Shown in pieces: positions 48,949-59,668 of a stretch of 64,000 nucleotides of DNA (the first letter of the stretch is position 1; each line of letters starts with the position of its first letter). The translations under genes and the position numbers were made by a program. The stretch lies in NCBI GenBank assembly GCA_964652955.1, contig CAZZCF010000004.1, positions 12,514 through 76,513 of the forward strand, written 5' to 3'. This DNA comes from an uncultured Leptospirales bacterium (lineage in GTDB: Bacteria > Spirochaetota > UBA4802 > JAKQUI01). The notes below the pieces were generated by a model that made no database searches, had not been told where the DNA came from, and saw nothing but the letters and a program-made list of their open reading frames with translations.

Positions 48949-50193
48949 ATGAAGAAATATAAATGTATTTTACTTTCCCTTATTCTGTTTGTCGCAGTTC
49001 TCTCCTGCGAAGAGCCGGTTCCCCTGCGGCGCATGTCACTTGCCAAGATGGAAATAACACGGGCACTTTCGGTCAAGGCTGACAAGTATGCGCCGGCTGA
49101 AATCAAAGAGGCGCAGGAGAAGCTGCTCGAGTCGCATGGCATAATAAAAGAGGGTGATCACGACAGGGCGAAACAGAGCGCCCAGGGAGCCTACGATAAG
49201 GCGGTAGAGGCTTATAATAAGTCGATTCCCCTGCTGGCAAAGGATACCCTTGCGATAGCCGAGAAGAGCCTTGAGCAGGCCAACGAGGTGTATGCCGAGG
49301 TGCTTGCGAAGAATGAGTACGCAGAGGCGGATAAAACGCTCAAGGAGGCACAGGACCTCTATGAGAATAAGAAATACTATGAATCGTATCTGAGTTCAAT
49401 CGACGCTGATAAGAAAGCGAAGAATGCCAGGAATACGGCGCTCGGGAGAAAAGTGACGCTTCAGGATTCTATTGACGAGGTAAAGGCAACTCTCTCGGAA
49501 GCGAAGCGATATGGTGCCGATACCTATGCCGCCTCGAAGGTGAAACTTGCTGAGGATAACATCACGGATGCACAAAATTCTTATTCGAATCTGAAGCTGA
49601 AGGAAGGCTTTGCGGCAATTGAGGTCGCCAAGGTAAATGCCGACGAAGCGTATCTGATAGCGTTGAGGGAGACCTCCAAGAAGAAGATTGCCGAGGCAAG
49701 CGCTCTGTTGGCAAAGGCGGAGAAATCACAGAATGTAAAATATGCAAAAGACGAGCTCGAAGGATCACGTGAGGCTCTGCAAAATGCAAAGTCAACGTAC
49801 GCAAACACCCGGTATAAGGAATCGATCGCTGCGTCGGATGAAGCGATCAGGCTCGCCTTGAGTGTGCTCGGCGCAAAGAAGGTTGCAAAGGAAGAAGTTG
49901 TCGATGAAGAGGTTTCACATGAGGAAGAAGGGTTCTCCAGTTACACGGTAAAATACAATCCGAATAAACGAGATTGTCTCTGGAGAATTGCAGAGCGATA
50001 TTACAACAACGGCTATCTCTGGACAAAGATCTATGAAGCGAACCGCGATAAGATAAAGAATCCCAATCTCATCTATCCTAAAATGGATCTCAAGATTCCG
50101 GTTCTGAAGGAATCTGAAGAGGGGAAGAAGATTCCGACCAAGGAGGAAGAAGCGGTTAAGAAAGATGAAGAGGAAGATGAGGGTGAGGAGTAA
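48949..50193 (+). CDS. coiled-coil lipoprotein with C-terminal LysM domain
   Basis: Lipobox LSCEEP; long alanine/lysine-rich helical repeats; C-terminal YTVKYNPNKRDCLWRIAERYYNNGYLWTKIYEANRDKIKNPNLIYPKMDLKIP (LysM); acidic tail. Confidence 0.65.
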   Translation: MKKYKCILLSLILFVAVLSCEEPVPLRRMSLAKMEITRALSVKADKYAPAEIKEAQEKLLESHGIIKEGDHDRAKQSAQGAYDKAVEAYNKSIPLLAKDTLAIAEKSLEQANEVYAEVLAKNEYAEADKTLKEAQDLYENKKYYESYLSSIDADKKAKNARNTALGRKVTLQDSIDEVKATLSEAKRYGADTYAASKVKLAEDNITDAQNSYSNLKLKEGFAAIEVAKVNADEAYLIALRETSKKKIAEASALLAKAEKSQNVKYAKDELEGSREALQNAKSTYANTRYKESIAASDEAIRLALSVLGAKKVAKEEVVDEEVSHEEEGFSSYTVKYNPNKRDCLWRIAERYYNNGYLWTKIYEANRDKIKNPNLIYPKMDLKIPVLKESEEGKKIPTKEEEAVKKDEEEDEGEE

Positions 50194-50408
50194 ACGAGCA
50201 GGGCTCTGATCCTCCGGATCAGAGCCTTTTTACATTAATCTTCTCAATTAATTCTGTAACTCACGCCTCGCGTTGCAAACATATACATAACGAGGGCGTG
50301 GTTGATGCATTCCTGTGTTAAATCCGCGCGCTTCCCGGTATCCCCGTTCGGGGTAGAGTGATCATAACAGGTGAAATCAGACGAGAATGGAAGAGACAAG
50401 GTGATCCC

Positions 50409-51392
50409 ATGGACTATGCAGCAATTGAGAGAATTAGCCGGCGGGTGCAATCTGAAAATGGCTTTGTGAACCTGATAACGAAGGAGATCGGCAAGGTAAT
50501 AATCGGACAGGAGAAGATGATTGAGCGCATTATTATCGCCTTCATGGCCGGGGGGCACATCCTCCTCGAGGGGCTGCCGGGACTGGCCAAGACCCTCACC
50601 GTCCGGGCATTTGCCCGATCAATTGACACCACCTTCAAGAGAATTCAGTTTACGCCGGATCTCCTCCCCGCCGATCTCATCGGCACACGAATTTACAATC
50701 CGAAAGATATGGATTTTTTCACCAAAAAGGGGCCGATATTTACCAACGTACTTCTGGCAGACGAGATCAACCGTGCGCCTGCCAAGGTTCAATCGGCGCT
50801 CCTCCAGGCGATGGAAGAGAAACAGGTCACCATCGGAGAAGAGACATTTCCGCTGAGCAGTCCCTTCATGGTGCTCGCAACCGAGAATCCTATCGAGCAG
50901 GAGGGAACCTATCCATTGCCGGAGGCTCAGATTGATCGATTTTTCATGAAATGTCTGGTAGACTATCCGGACGAGGATGAGGAGCGGGATATCCTTCTCA
51001 GGTTTCATGAGATAGATATTGAGACGGTTGAGCCTGTTGTGGATCCCTCTCTTATCGGAGAACGGGCAGCGCTCGTTGATACCATATATATTGATGAGAA
51101 GCTCCTTAACTATATTGTCACCATTGTCGGCCAGACGAGAAATCCCGCGGATCCCCTCCTGCGATCCTATATTGATTACGGAGCGAGCCCCCGCGCTTCT
51201 ATTGCACTGATGCGGGCTGCCAGAATTGTCGCTTTCCTGCGGGGGAGGGGGTTTGTTAATCCCGATGATATCAAGGAGATCGGGGTCGATGTGCTGCGAC
51301 ACCGCATCATCCCGAGCTATGAGGCTGAGGCGGAGGACAAGACACCCGATGATATCGTGCGGATGATATTCGACTCGGTGGAGGTTCCCTGA
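50409..51392 (+). CDS. MoxR-family AAA+ ATPase
   Basis: Walker A GLPGLAKT, Walker B LLADEINRA, sensor region; immediately followed by a DUF58 gene. Confidence 0.9.
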   Translation: MDYAAIERISRRVQSENGFVNLITKEIGKVIIGQEKMIERIIIAFMAGGHILLEGLPGLAKTLTVRAFARSIDTTFKRIQFTPDLLPADLIGTRIYNPKDMDFFTKKGPIFTNVLLADEINRAPAKVQSALLQAMEEKQVTIGEETFPLSSPFMVLATENPIEQEGTYPLPEAQIDRFFMKCLVDYPDEDEERDILLRFHEIDIETVEPVVDPSLIGERAALVDTIYIDEKLLNYIVTIVGQTRNPADPLLRSYIDYGASPRASIALMRAARIVAFLRGRGFVNPDDIKEIGVDVLRHRIIPSYEAEAEDKTPDDIVRMIFDSVEVP

Positions 51393-52220
51393 ATGCATCC
51401 GGAGAAGGCCGTACTCAGGAGAATAAAACTCCGTACGAGACGAAAGCTCAATACCCTCTTCATCGGTGAATACCATTCCGCCTTCAAGGGGTATGGTCTT
51501 GCCTTCGATACTGTTCGCGAGTATCAGTACGGTGATGAGGTCAGGAATATCGACTGGAATGTCTCTGCGCGAATGAATCATCTCTATGTCAAGGAGTACA
51601 TCGAGGAGCGCGAACTGTCCGTGGTAATCATGATTGATCTCTCGGCATCGCTTGAGTTCGGCAGTCACCGATCCAAGAGAGAAGTGCTCATGGAGATGGT
51701 CACGCTCATCCTCTACCTCGCCCAGATGAACAACGATCAGATCTCCGTCCTCCTCTTCACCGATACGGTGGAGCGCTTTATGAAGCCCCGCAAGGGGAGG
51801 CGATTCATCCTGACGGTTCTCGACGAGATAGAGAAGTATACGCCTCGGGGCAGGAAAACCGATATCGGCGGTGCCATCGATTTTTTGAGAAAGGTGCTCA
51901 AGAAGCGGAGCATTGTCTTTCTGATATCAGATTTTCTCGATGACGGGTATCTGGTGAAGCTGAGGCTTTTGAGGAAAAAGCATGACATCATTCCGGTTAT
52001 ACTCTCTGATCCCCTGGAGAGCGAGATGCGCCTCATGGGATTAACGGAGTTCGTCGATCTCGAAACCGGAGAATCCTTTTTATCCGATGTTATCTCCGAA
52101 CGGGGGAACCTTCCGGTGCTGAAGGATTTTGATGCAATCGCTCTCAATACCGGTGATCCTGTTGAGATACCGGTATTGCGATTTTTTGAAAAGAGAAATC
52201 GAACCAGGCTGGTGAAGTAG
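51393..52220 (+). CDS. DUF58-domain protein (MoxR partner, VWA-like)
   Basis: YQYGDEVRNIDWNVSARMNHLYVKEYIEE is the DUF58 signature. Confidence 0.8.
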   Translation: MHPEKAVLRRIKLRTRRKLNTLFIGEYHSAFKGYGLAFDTVREYQYGDEVRNIDWNVSARMNHLYVKEYIEERELSVVIMIDLSASLEFGSHRSKREVLMEMVTLILYLAQMNNDQISVLLFTDTVERFMKPRKGRRFILTVLDEIEKYTPRGRKTDIGGAIDFLRKVLKKRSIVFLISDFLDDGYLVKLRLLRKKHDIIPVILSDPLESEMRLMGLTEFVDLETGESFLSDVISERGNLPVLKDFDAIALNTGDPVEIPVLRFFEKRNRTRLVK

Positions 52221-52486
52221 GGCGGTTGTTCAATTGCTGTTACTGCAGCGAGCTGCCCGATAAACGAGCCCAAGCACACTGCCGGTGCTCTTGCAGTCGA
52301 TGCAGGCATCGACGGGGTATTTTGTTATAAGGCGAGCCTGCTTCGCAGGCAATTCGCTGCTGTCAAGAGCAGCAGGACGTACAACATCGAAGCACGCCGT
52401 GAGGCGTAACGCCTTATAATAACGATAAATAAGTAAAAAACGAACGACGCCGGTGTTTGCATCCGAGTGGTCTTGGTGATTGTGTT

Positions 52487-53479
52487 ATGAGAGGGTATTC
52501 CATTACACTGCTTGTCAGTATAATTCTGTTGTGTTCTGTCGACCATGGCTTTACAACGGGAGAAGCAGAGTATCCGCGCATTACGGCCAGGGCAGATCCT
52601 TCGGAAGTAACCATTGGCGTCCCCGTTGAATATACGGTTCGCATCAGCGGGGAGGTGATCGATTCGCTGCAAATACAGCCCCCTTCACAGGGTGAATACT
52701 ACCCGCCGGGTGAGGAGAAGAAGGACTCCCGGATATCATCACTCCTGCCGCTCTACATAATCCGTTCGTCCCGTCGTGATGTAAAGCGTGGCGCTGATCC
52801 GAGCGTAACGGTAACGGTGAAACTCGTCTATTATCGGCCGGGGACCTATCAGCTCCCCGCGGTCGGGATCGTTGAAGGAGCGGATCGCATCGGATACCGC
52901 CTCCCGGAGATTACGGTCAAAGGCGTGAATGTGAAGGGGGAGTATCAGGAGATCGAGCCGCCGCTCGAACTGAGGGGGAACTACTGCCGGCTCCTTCTCC
53001 TGATACTGGGAATTCTTGCGCTTGTTGCGTTCATCCTCTTTATCGTTCACCGTATAAGACGGCGTGAGAGGAGGGTTGAAGAACCTTCTCCTCCACCGCC
53101 GATTGAGATCTTCCTCGATGAGATTGCCTTACTGGAGAAGCGTCGACTCATCGAGTCCGGACGATATGAGGAATTTGCTGTGTGCCTCTCGTCTCACTTT
53201 CGTGTCTTTCTCACCGCGCAGTTCGGCTTTGATGCGCTGGAGATGACCGTGGGTGAGATTATCCAATCGCTCAGAAAGCGTATTGGCGAAACACCGTTCG
53301 GGAAGCACCGCACGCTTCAGAGCCTCCTTGAGCTGTGGGATCTCATCAAGTTTGCCGAGTTCGTTCCGATGCCGGAAACGCTCTTTGCCAATTGTGCGAA
53401 AACGAAGGAGCTCGCGAAGGAACTATCATCCCTGAAACGGGATGATCAACGGGAGGGTGTTACACATGTTCGGGTTTGA
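52487..53479 (+). CDS. hypothetical signal-peptide/TM protein inserted between DUF58 and BatA
   Basis: MRGYSITLLVSIILLCS signal sequence and one internal TM (LLLLILGILALVAFILFIV). Overlaps the BatA start by 14 bp. Confidence 0.5.
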   Translation: MRGYSITLLVSIILLCSVDHGFTTGEAEYPRITARADPSEVTIGVPVEYTVRISGEVIDSLQIQPPSQGEYYPPGEEKKDSRISSLLPLYIIRSSRRDVKRGADPSVTVTVKLVYYRPGTYQLPAVGIVEGADRIGYRLPEITVKGVNVKGEYQEIEPPLELRGNYCRLLLLILGILALVAFILFIVHRIRRRERRVEEPSPPPPIEIFLDEIALLEKRRLIESGRYEEFAVCLSSHFRVFLTAQFGFDALEMTVGEIIQSLRKRIGETPFGKHRTLQSLLELWDLIKFAEFVPMPETLFANCAKTKELAKELSSLKRDDQREGVTHVRV

Positions 53480-54464
53480 ATTCAGAAATCCGGAGTATCT
53501 CCTCCTTCTCATTCCCTTCGCGGCGGCTGTTGCCTATTACTACGGGAGGAGGCGATATCGCTCTGAATCGGCTCTCGCCATCTCCTCTGAGCGGATTCTC
53601 ACAAGGAGGCGCTCGGTGCGTGCGCTCACCTACCGCTATCTGTCCCTCCTGAGATTTCTGACTATTCTGCTTCTCATCATCGGGCTCGCGAGGCCGGGGA
53701 GGGGTGTTGATATCAGCAGCGTCAAGCATCACGGTATCGACATTATGATCGCCCTCGATGTATCGGACTCGATGATGGGTGAGGACTTTATCCCGAAGAA
53801 TCGGCTCGAGGTGGCAAAAAAGGTCATCAAGGACTTTATCGGGAGGCGACTGTCGGATCGCATCGGTCTGGTTGTTTTTTCCGGAGATGCGTACCTGCAG
53901 TGTCCCCTCACCATCGAGCATCAGATGATAACCGCCATTGTCGATGAGGTGGGCTTCGATACCGTTGCGGAGGATGGAACGGCTATCGGCGATGCGATTG
54001 CCCTGGCGGCTTCTCGAATGATGGATCGGAAGACGAAGAGCAGGATCGTTCTGCTCCTCACCGATGGCATGAACAATCGCGGCAGTATTGATCCGGAAAC
54101 GGCCGCACGCGCTTCCGCTGATTTAGGAATCCGGGTTTATACGGTTGGTATCGGCAAAGAGGGGAGGGTCTCCTACCCATCGAGAGGGGGAATAATTTTT
54201 GGGAAGCGATATCTCACCAATCACTTCGATGAGTCAGGATTGCAGGAGATAGCTACGATTACCGGAGGGCGGTTTTATCGTGCTCAGTCCAGCGGCGTGC
54301 TGTGGGAGAAGATTGAGGATATTGATCGGCTCGAGCGAAGCGAGATGACGGTGCGTGTTTATCGGGAGTTCTTCGACCGATTTCAGTTTGTCATGGTACT
54401 CGCCCTCTCCATCTTTTTCTGTGAGGTTTTCCTCCGATCGGTTTTCTACCGGAAGGTGCCCTGA
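53466..54464 (+). CDS. batA: VWA-domain membrane protein BatA
   Basis: N-terminal TM hairpin. VWA MIDAS motif IMIALDVSDSM with conserved G and TDG downstream; position in Bat operon. Confidence 0.8.
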   Translation: MFGFEFRNPEYLLLLIPFAAAVAYYYGRRRYRSESALAISSERILTRRRSVRALTYRYLSLLRFLTILLLIIGLARPGRGVDISSVKHHGIDIMIALDVSDSMMGEDFIPKNRLEVAKKVIKDFIGRRLSDRIGLVVFSGDAYLQCPLTIEHQMITAIVDEVGFDTVAEDGTAIGDAIALAASRMMDRKTKSRIVLLLTDGMNNRGSIDPETAARASADLGIRVYTVGIGKEGRVSYPSRGGIIFGKRYLTNHFDESGLQEIATITGGRFYRAQSSGVLWEKIEDIDRLERSEMTVRVYREFFDRFQFVMVLALSIFFCEVFLRSVFYRKVP

Positions 54465-54465
54465 C

Positions 54466-55473
54466 ATGATAACCTTCGGCAATATGAAATACGGCCTTTA
54501 TGTTGCCCTCATCGTGGGCATTCTGCTGATACTGTACGGCATCTACCTGCTGTGGCGACGGCGTATACTCTCGCGGCTCTTTACGCCTGAGCAGAAGCTC
54601 GTGATGCTCAGGAGTCGGCCGGCAGTTCGCGCCGTAAAGGATGTTCTGATAATCGTCTCGGTGATAATCGCCGGCAGTATCCTCCTTCGCCCACAGTGGG
54701 GAGAACGTATCAGGGAGGTTAACCGGGAGGGAGTTGACGTGCTTATTGCCCTGGATGTCAGCCGGAGCATGAGCGCTCAGGATGTTTCACCGAGCCGCCT
54801 GAAGCGCGCCCGCGATACGGTAAAGCTGATTGCCGATTCCCTGCAGGGTGATAGAATCGGATTGATACTCTTCGCGGGTGATGCATTCCTGCAGTGTCCG
54901 CTTACCGACGATATCGGCGCCTTTATGATGTTTCTCGATTCGATAGGGCACGATTCGGTACGGGTACAGGGGACGGATATCGGGAGGGCCCTTGAAACGG
55001 CACGGCGGGTTTTTGCCAAGAGGCGCATGACGTCGAGAGTGCTCGTCGTCATCACCGACGGGGAGGATCATGAGGGAAAGGCAATCACTGCCGCGCGGCA
55101 ATTCAGCGATCTCGATGTTACGATATATACCGTCGGTATCGGACGAAACCGCGGTGAGCCGATCCCCCTTCAGGATGCCTCATCGGGAACGGAGTACCTC
55201 CGGGATATGTCCGGACATCTCGTCCGCACCCGAAAGGAGTCAGGTCTGCTCAGGGAGATCGCCCGGGTGACGGGAGGCTTTTACGTGGATATCACCGACA
55301 ACCTCTCAGGGGTCTATCGGATTCTCGCCGATCTCTCGACACTGACGAAGAATGAATACGGGAAACGGGTCGTGCGGGAGCGGAAGGAGCAGTATCAGAT
55401 CTTAGCTCTGCTGCTGATTGTTATCCTCATCGGCGAGATACTTCTTGCAGAGCGACGGGAGGTGAGAGAATGA
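54466..55473 (+). CDS. batB: VWA-domain membrane protein BatB
   Basis: ATG overlaps the BatA stop (ATGA). VLIALDVSRSM MIDAS motif; C-terminal TM. Confidence 0.8.
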   Translation: MITFGNMKYGLYVALIVGILLILYGIYLLWRRRILSRLFTPEQKLVMLRSRPAVRAVKDVLIIVSVIIAGSILLRPQWGERIREVNREGVDVLIALDVSRSMSAQDVSPSRLKRARDTVKLIADSLQGDRIGLILFAGDAFLQCPLTDDIGAFMMFLDSIGHDSVRVQGTDIGRALETARRVFAKRRMTSRVLVVITDGEDHEGKAITAARQFSDLDVTIYTVGIGRNRGEPIPLQDASSGTEYLRDMSGHLVRTRKESGLLREIARVTGGFYVDITDNLSGVYRILADLSTLTKNEYGKRVVRERKEQYQILALLLIVILIGEILLAERREVRE

Positions 55474-56210
55474 TTCCGGGAAGGTGTTCCTGCCGTCGCG
55501 GCCTTTTCCCGCTGTCGAAGCGGATATGCCGAGCGCTTCCCCTCCTTATCATCATCGGCGCGCTCGCCTGGCTCGACCCGTATCACGATGCGGTATCGAA
55601 GGGGAATGAGCGATTCCGTGAGAAGCGATATGAAGAGGCGCGAAAGCACTATAGAGATGCCCGGCAATACGCTCCCGGCGATAATGAGCGGTGGAAGCTG
55701 CGGTTCAATGAGGGTGATGCGGAGTATATGCAGGGTGAATACGAGGATGCCATTACCCGCTTCAATGAGGCGCTCCGCACCGGTGATCCCGCAGTTCAGA
55801 AGAAGGCACTCTTCAATCTGGGGAATACCTATATGCGAATGGGTCGGTATCGTGATGCCATCGACTCCTATATAAGTGCTCTCAAGATCGATCCCCGGTA
55901 CGAGCCTGCCAAGAAAAATCTCGAGTATCTCATGAAGATGGAGGAGCAGAAGCCTGAAGAGACCCGGGACGGGGAGGATGGCGAGAAGGGGAAGGGGAAC
56001 AGAAAGGGCGATGATGGGAAGCGTGGAGATCAGAAACGTGATACCGAACAGAGCGGGGATAAGCGAACTGATGCGGGAACGAGCGAACAGAAGGAAGGGA
56101 AGATGAGCAGGGAGCAGATCAGAAATATTCTGGAGTCCATGAAGCATAAACCGGTTCGGAGACAGCAGGGGGAGCAAGATGGTCGCAGGGCCCTTGAAAA
56201 GGATTGGTAG
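55470..56210 (+). CDS. batC: TPR-repeat protein BatC
   Basis: ATGA overlap with batB. TPR repeats (ALFNLGNTYMRMGRYRDAIDSYISALKIDP) and a Lys/Glu-rich tail. Confidence 0.7.
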   Translation: MIPGRCSCRRGLFPLSKRICRALPLLIIIGALAWLDPYHDAVSKGNERFREKRYEEARKHYRDARQYAPGDNERWKLRFNEGDAEYMQGEYEDAITRFNEALRTGDPAVQKKALFNLGNTYMRMGRYRDAIDSYISALKIDPRYEPAKKNLEYLMKMEEQKPEETRDGEDGEKGKGNRKGDDGKRGDQKRDTEQSGDKRTDAGTSEQKEGKMSREQIRNILESMKHKPVRRQQGEQDGRRALEKDW

Positions 56211-57792
56211 GGGAGTTCTCTTCACCCTTCTGATGCTCATCTCCTCGAATGCTTTTTCCGATGAGGTGGAAACAAAACTCTCGCCGGGAATGCTCACGCC
56301 GGGAGAACACGCTCTGCTGCGGATAACGATAGAGGATGTTGAGCGCGCCGAGCCGATCAGAATACCCCGGGTGACCGGACTGAAGATCTCCTTTCGCGGT
56401 TCCCAGCACTTCAGCAGTATGCGGATTATCAACTGGGAAGCACATCGCTCAGAGGGGGTCGTTCTCTCCTTTTCCGTTGTGCCCGAGAGGAGCGGGAAGT
56501 TTGTGATTCCGCCGATACCCATTAAGACCGGTGAAGGTCGGGTACAGTCCCAAAAAGTGTCGCTGATCGTGAAGAGAGGTCAGGGAAGAATCCGTTCCGG
56601 AAGTCGATTACGTCCCGTCCTTTCGGTTTCACGAGAGCGGGTGTTTGTCGGCGAGCCGGTTATCCTGCGTTATTTTCTCCTCAGCGGGGGAGTTCGGCTG
56701 AACGAGCAGCCGCTTTTTGAGCGCCTTCCCGAGGTGCGGGGCTTTATCAAGAAGAGCTTTGATGAGAAGATTGAAGACGATTTTGACGGTGATGGAGATT
56801 TTATAAAAACGCATGTCGCGACCTTTGTGTTGATACCAACAGAAGCGGGGACACATGCTGTCGGTGGCGGTACCATCGTCGCCTCCGTCGAAACCCGCGG
56901 TCGTTTCTTTTCGTTTCAGTTCCCTCAGCGACGAAAAATTGATTTTGACACCAAAACAGTGGAGGTGCTCCCGCTGCCGGGGCGGGAGAAACCCGCGGAA
57001 TTTCATGGAAATGTCGGAGCTTTTACCCTCGATGTGTCATACGACAGAGAACCGGTTCAGATTTTCGATGAGCGGATAATCAGGGTAACCGTACGGGGTC
57101 GGGGCAACCTCATCTCGCTCTCGAAACCCACTTTCGATGAGGAGAGAGCACCCGCGAGTATTATCAGCGAGGAGGGGAGGGAATCCCTGCAGGTTGAAGG
57201 GGATACCCTGGCCGGGGAGAAAGAATTCATCTTTACCGTTATTCCCGAACAGAACGGAGCCATCAGCCTGGGGAGGGTTACCTTCGATTTTTTCAATCCT
57301 GAAACATCCCGCTTCGAGGTGATCCGATCAGAGCATATCGAGCTGCGTGCGGTCGGTGATACACGGAAACATCAGGCGAACGAGGCAGTTGATGAGAAAC
57401 CGGAAAGGTTTGCCTTCAATCCGGTGCTGGCGGTTATGCTGATAGCCGGGGTTGGCCTTATTGTGATAAGCGTGATTCTCTGGGAGCGGCGGAAATTCGC
57501 CATGGCTGAGGCGCCCGCACCGGAGGATCGGAAACACTCAGAGGAGCGTGAGGAGATACCCTACCCATCCGCTATGGTCCGCGCCCTCAGAAGCGGTCGG
57601 TATGATCTCTTTCTCAAGGAGTGCGAGAGCGTGATTAACATACTCGAACGGAGAGGCGAACCGGCAGCGCGACTTGCCGATATCAAGGAGAAGCTGTACC
57701 GCTGCAAGTATGGCGGCGGATCGCTCGCGCGTGAGGATATGGAGGTGCTGTACAACGATATCAGAGGGGTGCTCAGGGAGAGTAAGGGGTAA
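56179..57792 (+). CDS. batD: BatD-family protein (oxygen-tolerance protein)
   Basis: Signal peptide, long beta-rich ectodomain, one TM near the C-terminus (AVMLIAGVGLIVISVILW) and a cytoplasmic tail; typical BatD topology and operon position. Confidence 0.7.
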   Translation: MVAGPLKRIGRGVLFTLLMLISSNAFSDEVETKLSPGMLTPGEHALLRITIEDVERAEPIRIPRVTGLKISFRGSQHFSSMRIINWEAHRSEGVVLSFSVVPERSGKFVIPPIPIKTGEGRVQSQKVSLIVKRGQGRIRSGSRLRPVLSVSRERVFVGEPVILRYFLLSGGVRLNEQPLFERLPEVRGFIKKSFDEKIEDDFDGDGDFIKTHVATFVLIPTEAGTHAVGGGTIVASVETRGRFFSFQFPQRRKIDFDTKTVEVLPLPGREKPAEFHGNVGAFTLDVSYDREPVQIFDERIIRVTVRGRGNLISLSKPTFDEERAPASIISEEGRESLQVEGDTLAGEKEFIFTVIPEQNGAISLGRVTFDFFNPETSRFEVIRSEHIELRAVGDTRKHQANEAVDEKPERFAFNPVLAVMLIAGVGLIVISVILWERRKFAMAEAPAPEDRKHSEEREEIPYPSAMVRALRSGRYDLFLKECESVINILERRGEPAARLADIKEKLYRCKYGGGSLAREDMEVLYNDIRGVLRESKG

Positions 57793-58044
57793 GAATGGCG
57801 AGTTGTATGAGCGCATCGTAAAAAATCCGTGAAGAGGTAGACGACCGAAGATTACGCAGAGGTGAAATTTTTTTATAGACTTATCCGCGAAGTCCTGCCA
57901 TAATCTAACTCCGTTTTCATATATGATACTGCTCTTGTAGTAAGCAGGTCAGATACCATTTCTCATCTGTGTAACCGGTGGATGCGTTTCTCAAGACCGC
58001 TTTGCATCCCGGCACTTCACCTGCGCACGCGAAGGAGGTTCTCT

Positions 58045-59658
58045 ATGAGTGAAAAACCGCTTACCCGGAGATCATTGCTGCGAATGAGCGCGATTGCGGC
58101 CGCGGGACTTGCCGGTGTCAGCTCACTCCTCTGCTCAAATGAAAAGGATGATGTGAAATTTGACTTTCCGGCGGACACCTATGTTGATCCGGAAAGGGAC
58201 CGATTGCCCGTTGAGCAGATTATCAAACAGCGAAAGGGATTCAGAGGAGAGAAGCCCAATATCGTGCTGATACTCACCGATGACATGGGCTACGGCGATC
58301 TCAGCTGCTACGGGAGCAGGGCAATTCGCACGCCCGTCATCGATCGGCTGGCACGGGAGGGGATGCGCTTCACCGATTTCTATGCAGCAAATGCACTCTG
58401 TTCCCCGTCACGGGCCGGGCTTCTCACCGGAAGATACCCCCATCGTACCGGCGTGACCTGGCCGATTCAGTCGGGCACCGACACCTTCATGAGAAAGCTC
58501 ATGGTGAAGCTCGGGCTCATAATGGGCGATTTCGGCGGCACCGATACCCGGGGGGCGAGGAGCATTGCGAAGGGGCTCCCCCTCTCGGAGATAACCATTG
58601 CCGAAGCGCTGAAGATTGCCGGATACCGGTCTGCCTGTATCGGCAAATGGCATCTCGGCGATTTCGTGACCGACAGCCGATATCTTCCCCGAAAGCACGG
58701 CTTCGATTACTTTATCGGGTTCAACGGCGCCAACGATGACTTCCCGGTTGCCTTCTGGCGCAACGAGACCGAGCTGCTCAAGGATATCGGCATCGATCAG
58801 GCCAAATACACCGGTCTCCTGACCGAGGAGGCCGTTGGATTTATTGAACAATCCGGGGATACGCCATTTTTTCTCTATCTCTCACACAAGGATCCGCATC
58901 TCCCCTGCTTCCCGTCGAAGCGGTTCGTGGACAGCTCCGAAGGGGGCCGGCACGGCGATACCGTGCAGGAGGTGGACTGGAGCGTCGGCGAGATACTGAA
59001 GTGCCTGAAGAGGAACGGCCTCGATCGGAATACCATTGTCCTCTTTACCAGCGACAACGGTCCCTGGTATGACGGGAGCTCCGGGTGCCTGCGGGGCCGA
59101 AAGGGACAGAGCTTCGAAGGAGGCTACCGTGTTCCTCTCATTGCCCGGTGGCCCGGGAGAATTCCCGCCGGGAAGGTCTGTTCTGAGCCGTCCATGGGCA
59201 TCGATTTCTTCCCCACCCTGTTGCACCTTGCCGGGCTTTCCATGCCGGAGGACCGTATCATCGACGGCAGGAATATCTGGGGTATTCTCTCGGGGAAGGA
59301 GAAGAAATCTCCTCACAATGCCCTCTACTTCTTTCATCACGATGAGCTCGAGGGGGTGCGTTCGGGTCAGTGGAAGTACTTTCGATATATCAATACCTAC
59401 ACCTGGCCGCTCCCCATGGACAAACCCAATCACTTTATCGGTATGGTTGCCGGAGGGCGTGATTACAAGCCGGAGGGTTCGGATGTAACGGTACCGACGA
59501 TGGCGACCTGGCCGGTTCTCTATAATATGAGAACAGACCCTGCCGAAAGCTATAATGTCATAAAGAAGTATCCCGGGGTGGCGGAAAAGCTGCATGATAC
59601 GATGATACGCTTTGAGAAGGAGTTTGTTAAGAATCCGCGGGGATGGAAAAGGAAATAG
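58045..59658 (+). CDS. Cys-type sulfatase (arylsulfatase family), Tat-secreted
   Basis: Tat motif RRSLLRMSAIAAAG; LILTDDMGYGDL; formylglycine motif CSPSRAGLLTGR; GKWHLGD. Confidence 0.85.
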   Translation: MSEKPLTRRSLLRMSAIAAAGLAGVSSLLCSNEKDDVKFDFPADTYVDPERDRLPVEQIIKQRKGFRGEKPNIVLILTDDMGYGDLSCYGSRAIRTPVIDRLAREGMRFTDFYAANALCSPSRAGLLTGRYPHRTGVTWPIQSGTDTFMRKLMVKLGLIMGDFGGTDTRGARSIAKGLPLSEITIAEALKIAGYRSACIGKWHLGDFVTDSRYLPRKHGFDYFIGFNGANDDFPVAFWRNETELLKDIGIDQAKYTGLLTEEAVGFIEQSGDTPFFLYLSHKDPHLPCFPSKRFVDSSEGGRHGDTVQEVDWSVGEILKCLKRNGLDRNTIVLFTSDNGPWYDGSSGCLRGRKGQSFEGGYRVPLIARWPGRIPAGKVCSEPSMGIDFFPTLLHLAGLSMPEDRIIDGRNIWGILSGKEKKSPHNALYFFHHDELEGVRSGQWKYFRYINTYTWPLPMDKPNHFIGMVAGGRDYKPEGSDVTVPTMATWPVLYNMRTDPAESYNVIKKYPGVAEKLHDTMIRFEKEFVKNPRGWKRK

Positions 59659-59668
59659 GAGGGGAGGC

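Noticed and set aside
50619-51668. 349-aa minus-strand ORF antisense to MoxR/DUF58
   Set aside because: MoxR Walker motifs and the DUF58 signature are on the plus strand; the antisense ORF is a shadow.
55395-56522. 375-aa minus-strand ORF antisense to BatC/BatD
   Set aside because: Operon logic and domain content support the plus-strand genes.
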